Shown piece after piece: positions 1 to 10,513 of a stretch of 64,000 bases of DNA. The stretch is from Escherichia phage fjerdesal: sequence record MN850605.1, one strand, 5' to 3'. The first letter of the stretch is position 1. Each line of letters starts with the position of its first letter. Under the pieces are notes generated by a model. It saw only the letters and a program-made list of their open reading frames with translations. It made no database searches and was not told the DNA's origin. The translations under genes and the position numbers were made by a program.

Positions 1-1163
1 TGACTTGACGAATACGGGTAATACCAGTATCATCATAAGTAATCTTACCACCCTTCTGGTTAATTAGCAAGTCTCTCAGAGAAGTTTTCAGGTCTGATTC
101 TAACCAGTCAACACCACGGACGATATCAATCCATTCCCCACCAGAAGTAATCCCTCTACGAACCACTGGAACACCACCATCAAGGTCAATAAAGTTACAG
201 TGACGTACATCTAAAGCAGACTTCTGAATACTTGTCAGAGGTCTCTGATTAGATGGTTGTAGAGAAGCTGCTACACCAGTTAGCTGAGCATTACCCCAAG
301 CAATTGAACCTGCATCATATGGAGCACCATAAGCAATGTATGCCATCTCTGGGTAATCTTCTGCTGCTGCGTGATGCCACAAGCAAACTGTACGAGTGTA
401 CATATTCTTAGCAAGCTGTGCTGGAACATCATTTGCACTGGCTAGTTCTGTGCCTTGCAGTGCTGTTACATCCGAGTTAGCTGTAAAGAAGATTTTCTTG
501 CGAGCCTGAATCTCAGAAGCCATTGCTAAGACAAACTGTTGAGTTCTGTCTTCTGCTGCAATGAAATACCAGTCGGTAGAATAAGCTTCGATAGCTGCCA
601 GAGCAGTTGCTGCTGTATCGGCAGTTGTACTTGCAATATATACAGTCTGTGCTGTGGTTGTTACTTTCACAAAGTCATTATCACCAGCTTTGGTAATAAT
701 CATTGTGGCAGAGCCATTGCTACCAGTTACATTCACAGAAACCTTATCTTTGATTGTTGGGTCAGCTTCAATCTGTGTTTTAAACTGTTGCAACACTACC
801 TCAGCAGTGTCTGAATCTTGTGCTGTGTACTGGTATGGTTGAGAAATTCCACCGCCAACAGCTACAGTAATTGAGTAGTCTGTACTTTCGGTAACGGCAT
901 CAGGAATTGATACAGTGTACTGCATAGCACGTCTACCAATATAAAGCTGAGTTACTTTAGGAGTCTGACTCCAAAGTTGTTTAGCAGCCTTATATGCAGC
1001 AGAGTTTTCATCGAAATCTTCAGCAACTTCAGTTAAGGAAGTGTAACCACGTACTCTTTCTTCAAAGTTATCTGTTGAAGCTAAGAATAGTGGCAAACCA
1101 AAACCTTCTCTTGTAGTTCCTGCGGTGTTCAATGTAATATCTACATTAACAATTGGATTCCAC
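1..1163 (-). CDS. putative tail sheath-like structural protein, N-terminal part (gene runs off window start)
   Basis: Open frame from ATG at 1163 to position 1 without stop (not in ORF track because no stop in window); follows head/neck genes; sheath assignment by position and loose resemblance only. Confidence 0.45.
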
Positions 1164-1165
1164 AT

Positions 1166-1765
1166 TTATTTTACCCCTTTGGAGTCTACATCTAGATGGA
1201 TAGTATATTCTGGTGGCTCTTGTCCTTCTTCATAAACCAACTCACCATCAACAATGACACGCTCAATAATACTTCCGCGTTCATCTTTCAGGACTGAGTT
1301 TTTTACAAGAGTTACAACAAGAGGCGCAGAATTTTCGAAATCTGTATTGAGATAAGTATAGTCATTCGGGATAGCTCCAGTGTCTAGTACTGTAGCTCCT
1401 GTTTCTTCAAGGATTAAATCTCTGACTGAACTCATCTCTAATCGTTGTTTAAGCTCAAGCATAATACTGTGAGCACCTTTACCATTTACCGTAATCAATA
1501 CAGGAATCTGAAAAGCAATTCTGTAGCAAACTACATCATCCTCAACAAACTTATCAAGAACCCAACCATAAGGTGTTGCAGCATCTTGACAATATACGGT
1601 GATAAATGGCTGGTCAGGTTTTAAACCTTTGTCATTTGAGTTATCAGAAGGGTAAGCCCTAATTACGTTTGGCCTATTATTTTTATCACGAGCTAATCTG
1701 TGACCAATAACATCCACTAAGGTTCTAACTAGACCTTTTTCAAGTTCTGCTGTTTCTAACTGCAT
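1166..1765 (-). CDS. hypothetical structural protein (neck/tail completion region)
   Basis: 199-aa ORF in structural operon, tightly packed with neighbours. Confidence 0.55.
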   Translation of the reverse strand: MQLETAELEKGLVRTLVDVIGHRLARDKNNRPNVIRAYPSDNSNDKGLKPDQPFITVYCQDAATPYGWVLDKFVEDDVVCYRIAFQIPVLITVNGKGAHSIMLELKQRLEMSSVRDLILEETGATVLDTGAIPNDYTYLNTDFENSAPLVVTLVKNSVLKDERGSIIERVIVDGELVYEEGQEPPEYTIHLDVDSKGVK

Positions 1766-2141
1766 TCATTTTATCCCTTCTAATAATGATATATTCATAA
1801 TGGGACGTATGGGCTAATTGCTGTGACCAATCCATAGTCATAAATACTTCATACTCATGACCATCAATCATAACAATATCAGACTCATTCCACTCTACAT
1901 CATCTGAAGTTCTAAGCTTATATGTGGTATACAGGATTCTTGTATCGGTAAGTCTAATACCTTCCGGTAAAGCAATCTGTGTACCGTTCTTTACAGAACC
2001 TTTGATATATGGCTGGATATTACCTTTACAGTTAACCTCTACAATATCTTGTGAAGCTACCCAATCACCATCATCATTATAATAACCATCTTCAGAGACT
2101 TTACGCTTTACTACAAAGCTGTGTCTGTTTAAGAGTCTCAT
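1740..2141 (-). CDS. hypothetical structural protein
   Basis: 133-aa ORF, 4-nt overlap with upstream gene. Confidence 0.55.
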   Translation of the reverse strand: MRLLNRHSFVVKRKVSEDGYYNDDGDWVASQDIVEVNCKGNIQPYIKGSVKNGTQIALPEGIRLTDTRILYTTYKLRTSDDVEWNESDIVMIDGHEYEVFMTMDWSQQLAHTSHYEYIIIRRDKMNAVRNSRT

Positions 2142-2620
2142 TTCTTAATACCCTTCTTAGTAGAAATTTTATAAGCAAGGTTATCCCTTAAGTCACCTGT
2201 CTCAACAAGAGGTGCGTTAAAGCCTTTTTTCTTGACTGTGGAAGGTGCGTTAGGAGGGAGGATAGCAGAATTACCAAAACCCCTTTTAATTGCCTTTTGA
2301 GCATTCTTTGCAAATGCTTCTAAGGTATTTGAAGGGTCTGTGTTGAGACTGCTAAGTTGCTTATATAGATTCTTCTTAGTCTGCTCTAACAAGGTCTGTT
2401 TGTTTAGCATCATAGTGATTTCAAACAACCTACGATATACTTTACCAGAAGCTGAAGGAACCCCAATAACTTCTTGTAAATACATTAAAGCAGGATAAGA
2501 AAAACCAGAGCTATGTTGACCTTGTTCTTGAAAATACCCAACTTGAGCATTAGCCGTTTGCAAGTTCTTCATAGCCCCGACTAATTTTGCTCTAGCGGGG
2601 TGAATAACCCTTTTAACCAT
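2138..2620 (-). CDS. hypothetical head-tail joining protein
   Basis: 160-aa ORF, overlapping start/stop coupling in structural operon. Confidence 0.55.
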   Translation of the reverse strand: MVKRVIHPARAKLVGAMKNLQTANAQVGYFQEQGQHSSGFSYPALMYLQEVIGVPSASGKVYRRLFEITMMLNKQTLLEQTKKNLYKQLSSLNTDPSNTLEAFAKNAQKAIKRGFGNSAILPPNAPSTVKKKGFNAPLVETGDLRDNLAYKISTKKGIKK

Positions 2621-3069
2621 TATTCATCTCGCTCGATAATAAATACGCCATTAACACGGTTGCAGTAATCTCTGCCTTCGTATCTGGCAGCATCACCATA
2701 TTCTGTGTATTTCTTGACAGAGCAAGGATTCTGACGACGCATGTCAATATCACACTGATTAATACCACCTGCATAGGGTAGTCCTGAAACAGAGCTTTTA
2801 ACAAGGTCGTCATAAACAGCTTTCAGAGACTTGAATCTGGAAGAGTTACGTAAATAAACACCACCAACCTTCTCATCTCCCATCTTGGCTACTTGAAAGA
2901 GTAAATATTTAAGAGCTTTGATGGCTGCTTTCTTTTCATCCTTTCCAGATTCTAGATAGAACCACTCTAGCACAGACTGCTCAATAAGAATTTCATCATT
3001 ATTAGTGTCTGTGCAGAGGATTCTTACTCTATCAAGAGGGTTATTGGCTGGGTCGCCTGTATAACACAT
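2620..3069 (-). CDS. hypothetical head completion protein
   Basis: 149-aa ORF immediately downstream of major capsid gene. Confidence 0.55.
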   Translation of the reverse strand: MCYTGDPANNPLDRVRILCTDTNNDEILIEQSVLEWFYLESGKDEKKAAIKALKYLLFQVAKMGDEKVGGVYLRNSSRFKSLKAVYDDLVKSSVSGLPYAGGINQCDIDMRRQNPCSVKKYTEYGDAARYEGRDYCNRVNGVFIIERDE

Positions 3070-3091
3070 TCATAACCCTCCTTACCTATCA

Positions 3092-4198
3092 TTACTCAGA
3101 GTCTGAGCGAACGTCAACCAGCAGTTGAGGACGTGTGCAGTATGGCAGCATGTAAGAGTGAGCTTCGAAGTCAATACCTTCATCACGGTCTTTTTCGTAT
3201 TCAAATACGTACAACTCCTGACCCAGAGTATTTGCGTAGCCCATCTTCGGACATGGAGCGTAAGCTACTTCAAAGATGTTGTTTGCTTCACCAAGCATAG
3301 AAACGTTAGGGAAAGCGTGCCCTACACCTACAGTTCCATCCTGAGTAACACCATCGATGCTAACCAGAGTATGGGTCTTGCCGCGCTTGTCTTTGAACTT
3401 ACCGTTGTACTGGACAAACTTAACACCACCGTAGTAGAACGTGTTCATATGAGCCTGAACACCATCAGAACCACCAGTTCTCAGAGAGCCAGTAATCTGT
3501 TGCCATGCCAGCGGAGTCTGCTGTGCAAGGTATGCGTCACGAATCTTCGGATGCTTGGTAAGTTTACTGAAGAAAGTTCTGTCAACAACTACGTGAATCT
3601 CTTCACCGTTGATTACAGTACCAGTCTTAGCTTCGTCTTCCATGTGCATACGTAGGTCTTCGATGTGAGCATCAATATCAGAGTTCGGATTGTCAAGGTC
3701 GAAGTAGATAGTCTTCTTAGTTACATCGAACTGTTTGTACAGGTCTGCGTACAGAACACCATTAGCGTCGATAACTTTACCCTTCAGAGCTTGCATGAAC
3801 AAGAACTCACGAGTAATATCGAACTTGGTGCGAATCTTCATCAGCTTCTTAGCACGAACGATAGCTTCAGTGGTTAGTTCATTTGCAGTACCTGGCTGAC
3901 GTACACCCTGAATCTCATCAGGAGTAATGCTTTCAACTTCCTTGAAGTACATCATTGGGAAGCTGATTTGACGAACACGCTCAGGAGCACTTGTTTCAGC
4001 TTTACGGCTAGTGCGGTCTACAGCATCAAGCAAGCTGATATCCCAATCTGTCAAGTCCATCAGGAAGGTTGTCTGAGTTTGTGGTGCTGAACGGAACAGA
4101 CCTAAGTTGGAAATATACCCATAAGTGTTTGGGATAGACTGGACTTCACGAGTCAGGTCAGCAAGTAAAAATCTGCTTTTTTCAGAATTAGTCAACAT
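3092..4198 (-). CDS. major capsid protein (HK97-fold, lambda gpE-like position)
   Basis: 368-aa ORF following protease and decoration-like gene; size and order typical of a major capsid protein. Confidence 0.8.
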   Translation of the reverse strand: MLTNSEKSRFLLADLTREVQSIPNTYGYISNLGLFRSAPQTQTTFLMDLTDWDISLLDAVDRTSRKAETSAPERVRQISFPMMYFKEVESITPDEIQGVRQPGTANELTTEAIVRAKKLMKIRTKFDITREFLFMQALKGKVIDANGVLYADLYKQFDVTKKTIYFDLDNPNSDIDAHIEDLRMHMEDEAKTGTVINGEEIHVVVDRTFFSKLTKHPKIRDAYLAQQTPLAWQQITGSLRTGGSDGVQAHMNTFYYGGVKFVQYNGKFKDKRGKTHTLVSIDGVTQDGTVGVGHAFPNVSMLGEANNIFEVAYAPCPKMGYANTLGQELYVFEYEKDRDEGIDFEAHSYMLPYCTRPQLLVDVRSDSE

Positions 4199-4231
4199 TG
4201 TAAAATTCTCCAGAATGTCTTATTATTGTTA

Positions 4232-4609
4232 TTACAGGCCAGTTGGTACGAAATCAATACCTTTAGCAGCCAGAGCTTTCTTGACTTCAGCAGCATTAAC
4301 GCTTGATTCAAGAGTCAGCAGGTCTTTTAGTTCTGCATCACGGTGGATACCTACCACTTTCAACTGACCATGATAAGACAGTTGCAGGTCTGCGTAGAAA
4401 TTAACGATACATACAGAGTCTGCTTGGGCTTCTTCTCCAGCTTGTACCTTAGTACCATCTGCTTTCAGAACTTCACCTACACGGTATTCTGTTGAAGCAA
4501 CCGGAGTGTACTCTTTACGAGAGTGGCCTGTTGGGGTAATCTGTTCCCAAAGAATGATATCATTCAGAGGTTCTCTGTTACCTAACTTAGTAAAACCTTG
4601 ATATGCCAT
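4232..4609 (-). CDS. putative head decoration protein (gpD-like position)
   Basis: 125-aa ORF between prohead protease and major capsid gene. Confidence 0.5.
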   Translation of the reverse strand: MAYQGFTKLGNREPLNDIILWEQITPTGHSRKEYTPVASTEYRVGEVLKADGTKVQAGEEAQADSVCIVNFYADLQLSYHGQLKVVGIHRDAELKDLLTLESSVNAAEVKKALAAKGIDFVPTGL

Positions 4610-4620
4610 TATTGTGTTCC

Positions 4621-5967
4621 TTATTTGATAAGAGATTTTAGAGCATTCTGGAGAGCCAGTTTGCGTTGTTCAGCGGTGTCTTCGGAAGCATTCTTAGCTG
4701 GTTCTTTTTCTTCTTCAACCAAATCAGCTTCGCCGTCATTACCCACTTCTTCCATAGCGTTGGAATGTTCAAGAACAGCACCAGCAGTTTCTTTCAGCTT
4801 GGTAATTTCTGATTCTTTTTCTTCCATTGCAGAAGCATGGGACGCGATAGTTTCATTAAGTTTCTGGTTAGCACCTTCCATAGCATTCATAAACAGAACG
4901 CTCAGAGGGTTATCAAGACCAGCACCTAAAATAGCCGTTGCAGCTTCTTTTGCATCAAACCCAAAAGCTTCAGCAGAAGCAGAAATCTTATTAGTCAAAT
5001 CTGACAAAGCAGCTTCCTGTTCTTTAGCTTTCATTTGAGCAACCTGAAGACGCAAAGCTTCTAGTTCTTGCTTTTCTTGTTCAGTCATTTCTTCACCTGA
5101 ATTGTTAACGTTTAAACTTACAGGAGCCTCTTCAGAACCTTGTAAGTAATTTAAGAAATCATCTTGAGACATGATTGAGTTAATTAAACCAAGTTCAAGA
5201 GCTTCCTGAGCAGAATAAACATTCGCCTCAGTATTCTTTACAGCTTCTTCAGAGAGATTACGAGATTCGGCTACAAAACCTGTAAAGGTTGCGTAGGTAT
5301 CATTAATTCTCTTTTGAAGTCTTTCTTTGCTTTCTTCTGAAAGTGCTTGGAATGGTGAACCCATACCTTTAAACTCACCAGCTTTGATGACGTTAATTGT
5401 CACGCCATTCTTTTCAAATGCTTTAGTTAATTCCTGATGAACCATAATTACACCAATAGAACCAACATCTGCATCTGGTGATGCAATAATTTCTTCAGCA
5501 GAAGATGCAAGAGCGTATGCAGCGGAACAAGCGAACTCATCTACATAAGCAATAATTTTCTTTTGGCCTCTTGAAGCCATAATGTGACGTGCTAATTCAA
5601 AGCAACCTGAAGCTTCACCACCACCAGAATCAATGTGCAGAACAATAGTCTTGATTGACTCATCTGCTAAAGCTTCGTCAAAGCCTCTACGCAAACCTTC
5701 ATAAGAGCTTAATCCACCTGTACACATTGCATCAATGAATGTCATACGATGGGTTAAACCACCCATAATAGGGATAATAGCAATGTCATCTTTTACTTTT
5801 AAAAGACTTCTTGCTTCACCTTTGGGTTTATCAAAGTTTACTGCTGCTTGGACATCACCCAGCAATCTGTTATTCACATAAGTTGCTGCTGAGTGAGCTA
5901 ATGATTCAGTGGCTAGTAAAGGTTGGTTGAATAATCTATCAGCAAGTCTGAAGATATTCGAACTCAT
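4621..5967 (-). CDS. prohead protease (S49/ClpP-like) with C-terminal scaffold-like coiled coil
   Basis: N-terminal region with S49 peptidase-like motifs (IPIMGG..., DSGGGE...), C-terminal charged coiled-coil; located between portal and capsid genes. Confidence 0.75.
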   Translation of the reverse strand: MSSNIFRLADRLFNQPLLATESLAHSAATYVNNRLLGDVQAAVNFDKPKGEARSLLKVKDDIAIIPIMGGLTHRMTFIDAMCTGGLSSYEGLRRGFDEALADESIKTIVLHIDSGGGEASGCFELARHIMASRGQKKIIAYVDEFACSAAYALASSAEEIIASPDADVGSIGVIMVHQELTKAFEKNGVTINVIKAGEFKGMGSPFQALSEESKERLQKRINDTYATFTGFVAESRNLSEEAVKNTEANVYSAQEALELGLINSIMSQDDFLNYLQGSEEAPVSLNVNNSGEEMTEQEKQELEALRLQVAQMKAKEQEAALSDLTNKISASAEAFGFDAKEAATAILGAGLDNPLSVLFMNAMEGANQKLNETIASHASAMEEKESEITKLKETAGAVLEHSNAMEEVGNDGEADLVEEEKEPAKNASEDTAEQRKLALQNALKSLIK

Positions 5968-5978
5968 TTTTACTCACC

Positions 5979-6311
5979 CTATTTGTTTAAATCTACAGAG
6001 ACTGAAGAGATAACATAGATACCTTCTTCAGCAAAGAATTGAGGTTTGCTAAGAGCACCAGTTGCCACGCATTTATCGTTAGCATCCCACAAGCTATAGT
6101 GTGAGACCGTTGCAGAAGCTGGAACAGTAATATTAACTGTGTCTTCTGAGGCAATTAAGCCATTATCCGGTTCAGAAAAATAAATAGCCACTGGCTGAGT
6201 AACCTTATTTGCTGTAGGGTCTGCCGTTGGGTCTACATTGTGTAAAATAATAGTCGTTGGGGTTAGCGTGGCGAGGATTTTATTCTTACCATCAATAGTT
6301 AATGTTCCCAT
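5979..6311 (-). CDS. hypothetical protein (head module)
   Basis: 110-aa ORF. Confidence 0.5.
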   Translation of the reverse strand: MGTLTIDGKNKILATLTPTTIILHNVDPTADPTANKVTQPVAIYFSEPDNGLIASEDTVNITVPASATVSHYSLWDANDKCVATGALSKPQFFAEEGIYVISSVSVDLNK

Positions 6312-6811
6312 TAATTAAACCTTACTTTTTGTTTAAGGACTGTTGAATGGTTACCAGATTCATCTACCACATTTACAATCATATCATATACTTTGCCTTT
6401 GACAAGTACTTTGTAATCATTTTGTGAAAAAATGTATTCAAGTCTGTTTGTTTCTTTATTAACTGTCATTGGAGATTGAAATGCAGTGTCGAGGGTAATG
6501 AAAGCGGCTTCAATGCTATTAACATTGATACGTTTATTCTCGCAGTTATATAACTTTACACCCAAAAGGCATGAACTGTCAAATGGAATTTTAACAATTT
6601 CACTACAATTTCCTGAAATAAACGGTTTTCCACTCATTGGTGCATCAAGTAACCTACAAATAGTGAAAACGTCAGAGGCTCCACCATCACTTACATAACC
6701 TGAAAGGCTAACCCTTGAGCCAGCCTCTACAGATAATTTGTCAGTGATAATAAGAACACCTCTATACGAATGCACTCGTGTAGCATTTGAAATAGAGATA
6801 ACTTCAGCCAT
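6311..6811 (-). CDS. hypothetical protein (head module)
   Basis: 166-aa ORF directly downstream of portal. Confidence 0.5.
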   Translation of the reverse strand: MAEVISISNATRVHSYRGVLIITDKLSVEAGSRVSLSGYVSDGGASDVFTICRLLDAPMSGKPFISGNCSEIVKIPFDSSCLLGVKLYNCENKRINVNSIEAAFITLDTAFQSPMTVNKETNRLEYIFSQNDYKVLVKGKVYDMIVNVVDESGNHSTVLKQKVRFN

Positions 6812-8286
6812 TATTTATTTGCCTTATTTGCTGTGCTTGGGTCTTTCGCTGAAGGTGTCTTTGCAGTACCTTCTCCAGCGGTCTTATAACCATCTCCTGA
6901 GCGGCTTTGGCTATTTGGAGAAAGCTTTTCAGATACTGGCTGAGACTCATCAGCAGGAGGAAGACCAATATGCTCTCTAAGCTTGTTAGATAGCTCTTTG
7001 TCAACTTCCAAAGCACCTACTGCAACAGTCTTCTGGATATAAGAACCAATTGCTTCAAGGTCTGGAGTTTCGATATCATCATATGTGATTTGCACATGTT
7101 CTTCATCATCCCACATATTAAGAGCATAAGTCTGAGCAACTAAATCGCGGTTAATTACGTTCTTAATTTGCTTCAGCAGAATATCTACTGACATTGCTAG
7201 TAAGCTTGTCTTAGAATCTGCAAGAGAGAATGAACCATATTTTGACTGACCCATAGCAAGAACATCTGACATAAACGCCATCATAATCTGCTTAGAATAT
7301 CTGTCAATAATAGAACCTGTGTCGTATGCTTTAGCACCCTGTCTAGAAACTAATGAGAACTCAAAAATATCCTCTTTAGTATCTGGGTCGATATATCTAG
7401 GCCAGATTAAACCTGCTCTATCATTAGCAATCATATCGTTAACAACAGTTTTGCAGTATTGTACGAAAGCTTTCTTTTCAGGTTCTGCATTTTCATCCAG
7501 ATAATCTGGTGGTAACCCAATTTTTGGCATACCTACCAAGTCTCTTGAAACGCCAACAGCTTCATACTCTTCAATCTGTACTTTATACTTCCACGGTACA
7601 TAAGCATTAAGTAATGGTGAACGACCTTCTGGGTTTCCATATTCATCATCATACTTAAACAGCATGAATTTAGCTCGTGGAAGTTTTCTTGTTAGTGGTC
7701 TTTCTCCAAGATTAATTGCTCCAGCAATATGTGAAACATTTCTCAGATTCTGTCTAACACCAGTAACTCTTCTAAAGTCTTCGTCAAAATACCACTTATC
7801 AAGTGTTGATTGGTTTCTGATTGGTAATTTAGCCCATCCAATTAGACCATCATCAAATTTTGACTGGTACTTTCCTTTTTTGCCCTGTCGCTTCTTATAA
7901 ACTTTCTCGTTAACACAGAACCCATAAGTGCAGAATGACATTACAGAGTTAATAAAATCTGCCCAATCATGCTCCATGTCATCCATTAAAGAATTAAAGA
8001 AGTCTGCTCTTTCAAGCATTTTAGGGTCTTGCTCTTTTCCCTTTGGAGGTACAAATCTCCAGTTGACTTTTCTGACAAACATCTTAATAATATTTACAGA
8101 TGCTGCTACAGCAGGGTCACGCATCATTAATTGGAAAGTTTTAATACTTTCAGGGAACCTTAGTGCCTGACGAGGTTCTTCATAGATTCTTCCATTCTTA
8201 ACCTTCAGACCCAAAGAACCTACTTCACCCATTCTAAATGGTGGTAAGCTTTCTTGTGTTTCTGTAATATCTGCCATTCTTCTCAC
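6811..8286 (-). CDS. portal protein
   Basis: 491-aa ORF immediately downstream of large terminase; size and position. Confidence 0.8.
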   Translation of the reverse strand: MRRMADITETQESLPPFRMGEVGSLGLKVKNGRIYEEPRQALRFPESIKTFQLMMRDPAVAASVNIIKMFVRKVNWRFVPPKGKEQDPKMLERADFFNSLMDDMEHDWADFINSVMSFCTYGFCVNEKVYKKRQGKKGKYQSKFDDGLIGWAKLPIRNQSTLDKWYFDEDFRRVTGVRQNLRNVSHIAGAINLGERPLTRKLPRAKFMLFKYDDEYGNPEGRSPLLNAYVPWKYKVQIEEYEAVGVSRDLVGMPKIGLPPDYLDENAEPEKKAFVQYCKTVVNDMIANDRAGLIWPRYIDPDTKEDIFEFSLVSRQGAKAYDTGSIIDRYSKQIMMAFMSDVLAMGQSKYGSFSLADSKTSLLAMSVDILLKQIKNVINRDLVAQTYALNMWDDEEHVQITYDDIETPDLEAIGSYIQKTVAVGALEVDKELSNKLREHIGLPPADESQPVSEKLSPNSQSRSGDGYKTAGEGTAKTPSAKDPSTANKANK

Positions 8287-8293
8287 CTAGCTA

Positions 8294-9910
8294 TCAACGT
8301 CTAAGCCCCTCATATGGATTTCCCCTCACTAAGTCTGTGTGAGCACCCATTGATGGTGGCTTGAATAATTTAACTTCGTTAAGACTGTTGAAAGCATCAC
8401 TGGTAGCATCCACTTGGTCATCTTTAGTTTTGCCATCACCACAAAAGCCTTCAAGCTCTTGGAAATAAGCTTCGTTCCAACTACCTCTCAAAACTTTTAC
8501 AAGTCCAGCTTCAGAAGCAGCAGAAAACCCCGCAAATCGGGTAACTTTATCTTTATTTGTTGGTTTAGCTCTTGCACGATAGCCTTTCTCAGCAAGTTTC
8601 CTGATGAGGGATGTTGCGTAGGATTTACCAGCAGCGCCTGGGTCTTGAGGGATAAAAATACCAGTTCGCTTACCGTCACTTTCAGCAGTCAAATTAATTT
8701 GTGTTTCGACTCCAGAGGGTCTATCTCTAAATCTTACTACATCAATGATATAATAGCAACCGTCTTTTTTAGATTTACCCATCTTAACACCTGCTGTCCA
8801 GTCTGGATTAGGGTTAACCTCAGATGGTAAAGTTGCTGCTAAGTCCCATGCTCTAACATCAAATATATCTTCTGGGAGTGAATCAACAATCTCACACCAT
8901 TGTCTTTGCCAGTAGTTTGAACCTTCTGCACGAGCCTTCCAGTTACCGAAACGAAGTCTTGCAACGTTTACAGGGGTGTTGTTTTCAAGCTTACCGCGAT
9001 ACTTTGGTTCTAAGAAGTCAAGAATTGGGTTATCATCAATCGTACCAGAGATGAAGGTGTATGTTTGAGGAATCTCAAGAGGGAACATTTCAAGAATCTT
9101 GTCTCTCTCCCAATCAGAAACCATCACACCATCATTCATTACATACCAACGAATACGACCACACTTTTCAGGGTCTGGGTAACCTTCTTCATCTAAGAAT
9201 GGTTCTACCCAATCGTAAATAAAGTGGTCTCTATCTGGGTTCATGGAAATCTTCATGTATGAATCACCTTCAGCACCAGAACGTAGACGGGTTTGTAGGT
9301 ATGAAATCTGTGAAGCAGAGAAGTGTGTACCTTCGTCAAAGTAAATAGCTGAGTATTCAATACCCTGATGGCCTTCAGCGTGCTTTTCAAGTTCTAGATA
9401 GGTAAACTTGATAGTCGCCCCAGAAGGGAATGTGATAGTCATTTTCTGCTCATGAGGAATCCCACCAAACTTACCAAATAGTTTCTTTGCAGCAGGCCAT
9501 AAACCACCTTGTAACTGTGTTGTATTTCGACGGAAATATACAGCATTATAGTTAGGGTCTTCAATAAATCTTAAAGAGTCCATTAACAATGCAGCAGTTT
9601 TACCAGCACCAGCAGCACCACCATAAAGAACCAAGTCAGCATTAGTGTTTAAAAAGACCTCTTGAGAACCCGGTTGAGGGGCTACATAGTTCTTATCAGT
9701 CATCAATTTAAAGATAAGGCGAACTTGGTCTGGTGTGTATCTTAATAAAGTCAGAATTTGAGTTGGAAGGAATTTAGAGGGGTCTTTACCGAATGATTTG
9801 ATAATTTCTTTTACTTCATCAGAAAGCCCCAACTCTCCAGCTAGGACTTTCCTAACATCTTCCACTCGCTTCTGCTTAACAGCATTTAAGTCCATTAAGC
9901 ACCTCCGCAA
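8294..9910 (-). CDS. terminase large subunit
   Basis: 538 aa with Walker A (GGAAGAGKT) and C-terminal nuclease-like region. Confidence 0.9.
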   Translation of the reverse strand: MRRCLMDLNAVKQKRVEDVRKVLAGELGLSDEVKEIIKSFGKDPSKFLPTQILTLLRYTPDQVRLIFKLMTDKNYVAPQPGSQEVFLNTNADLVLYGGAAGAGKTAALLMDSLRFIEDPNYNAVYFRRNTTQLQGGLWPAAKKLFGKFGGIPHEQKMTITFPSGATIKFTYLELEKHAEGHQGIEYSAIYFDEGTHFSASQISYLQTRLRSGAEGDSYMKISMNPDRDHFIYDWVEPFLDEEGYPDPEKCGRIRWYVMNDGVMVSDWERDKILEMFPLEIPQTYTFISGTIDDNPILDFLEPKYRGKLENNTPVNVARLRFGNWKARAEGSNYWQRQWCEIVDSLPEDIFDVRAWDLAATLPSEVNPNPDWTAGVKMGKSKKDGCYYIIDVVRFRDRPSGVETQINLTAESDGKRTGIFIPQDPGAAGKSYATSLIRKLAEKGYRARAKPTNKDKVTRFAGFSAASEAGLVKVLRGSWNEAYFQELEGFCGDGKTKDDQVDATSDAFNSLNEVKLFKPPSMGAHTDLVRGNPYEGLRR

Positions 9911-9916
9911 ATAGAA

Positions 9917-10117
9917 TTATTCAGAGTCTGTAGCAGTCTCTTCTTTCTTAACTTCGAACTTTGCATCAACAGCATCAAGAAGTGCATCCATAGAGGCTTC
10001 TTTGATATCAATACCTGTTGCTACAGATAATCTATCTGCAATTGCCATGATAGTGTTCTGCATAAATTCTAGCTTTTTGTTAGCTTCATAAAGTTCTTTA
10101 TAAACGGTCTCACTCAT
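9917..10117 (-). CDS. hypothetical small protein upstream of terminase
   Basis: 66-aa ORF with GGAGA Shine-Dalgarno 7 nt upstream of ATG. Confidence 0.5.
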   Translation of the reverse strand: MSETVYKELYEANKKLEFMQNTIMAIADRLSVATGIDIKEASMDALLDAVDAKFEVKKEETATDSE

Positions 10118-10164
10118 TATGTTTTCTCCAAATAATTAACCATGTTTCTCCTTAAAAAAGACGG

Positions 10165-10195
10165 CACAGAGACCGTCAAGGAGAAACCACAATGT
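10165..10195 (-). terminator. putative rho-independent terminator
   Basis: Minus strand GACGGTCTCTGTGCCGTC hairpin followed by TTTTTT. Confidence 0.5.
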
Positions 10196-10339
10196 ACGTC
10201 AGAGACATACTGTATAAGCCTTCTTATAAAGTATAACTCTGTAAAAAAGCCCTGTCTAAAAATACTCTTCGGTAGCGAAAGGAAGAATACTTATAGCAGG
10301 GCATTATTATTATTTTAATTGAGAGAGAGTAAAATAACT

Positions 10340-10415
10340 TGGAGAATCCGAAGGGACTCGAACCCTTATAAACCTGTTTTGCAGACAGGCACATATCCAT
10401 TTCTGTCACGGATTC
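10340..10415 (-). tRNA. tRNA-Cys (anticodon GCA)
   Basis: Perfect 7-bp acceptor stem, T-arm AAGGG/TTCGAGT/CCCTT, anticodon loop CTGCAAA, U73, encoded CCA. Confidence 0.75.
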
Positions 10416-10419
10416 AAAT

Positions 10420-10512
10420 TGGAGGAAGATACCAGACTTGAACTGGTACACCGATTTCTCAGCTACTGGCAGTTTAGCAAACTGCTCCCTTACCTTTTAG
10501 GGTTAATCTTCC
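10420..10512 (-). tRNA. tRNA-Ser (anticodon GCT), type II
   Basis: Acceptor GGAAGAT/ATCTTCC, anticodon stem GCAGT/ACTGC loop TTGCTAA, long variable arm, T-arm ACCAG/TTCAAGT/CTGGT. Confidence 0.7.
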
Positions 10513-10513
10513 A

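Noticed and set aside
539-842. Plus-strand ORFs 539..814 and 654..842
   Set aside because: Lie antisense within the long uninterrupted minus-strand tail-sheath-like reading frame; Cys-rich low-complexity translations; almost certainly spurious
2613-2813. ORF 2613..2813 (66 aa)
   Set aside because: Fully overlapped in another frame by the better-supported 2620..3069 gene of the structural operon
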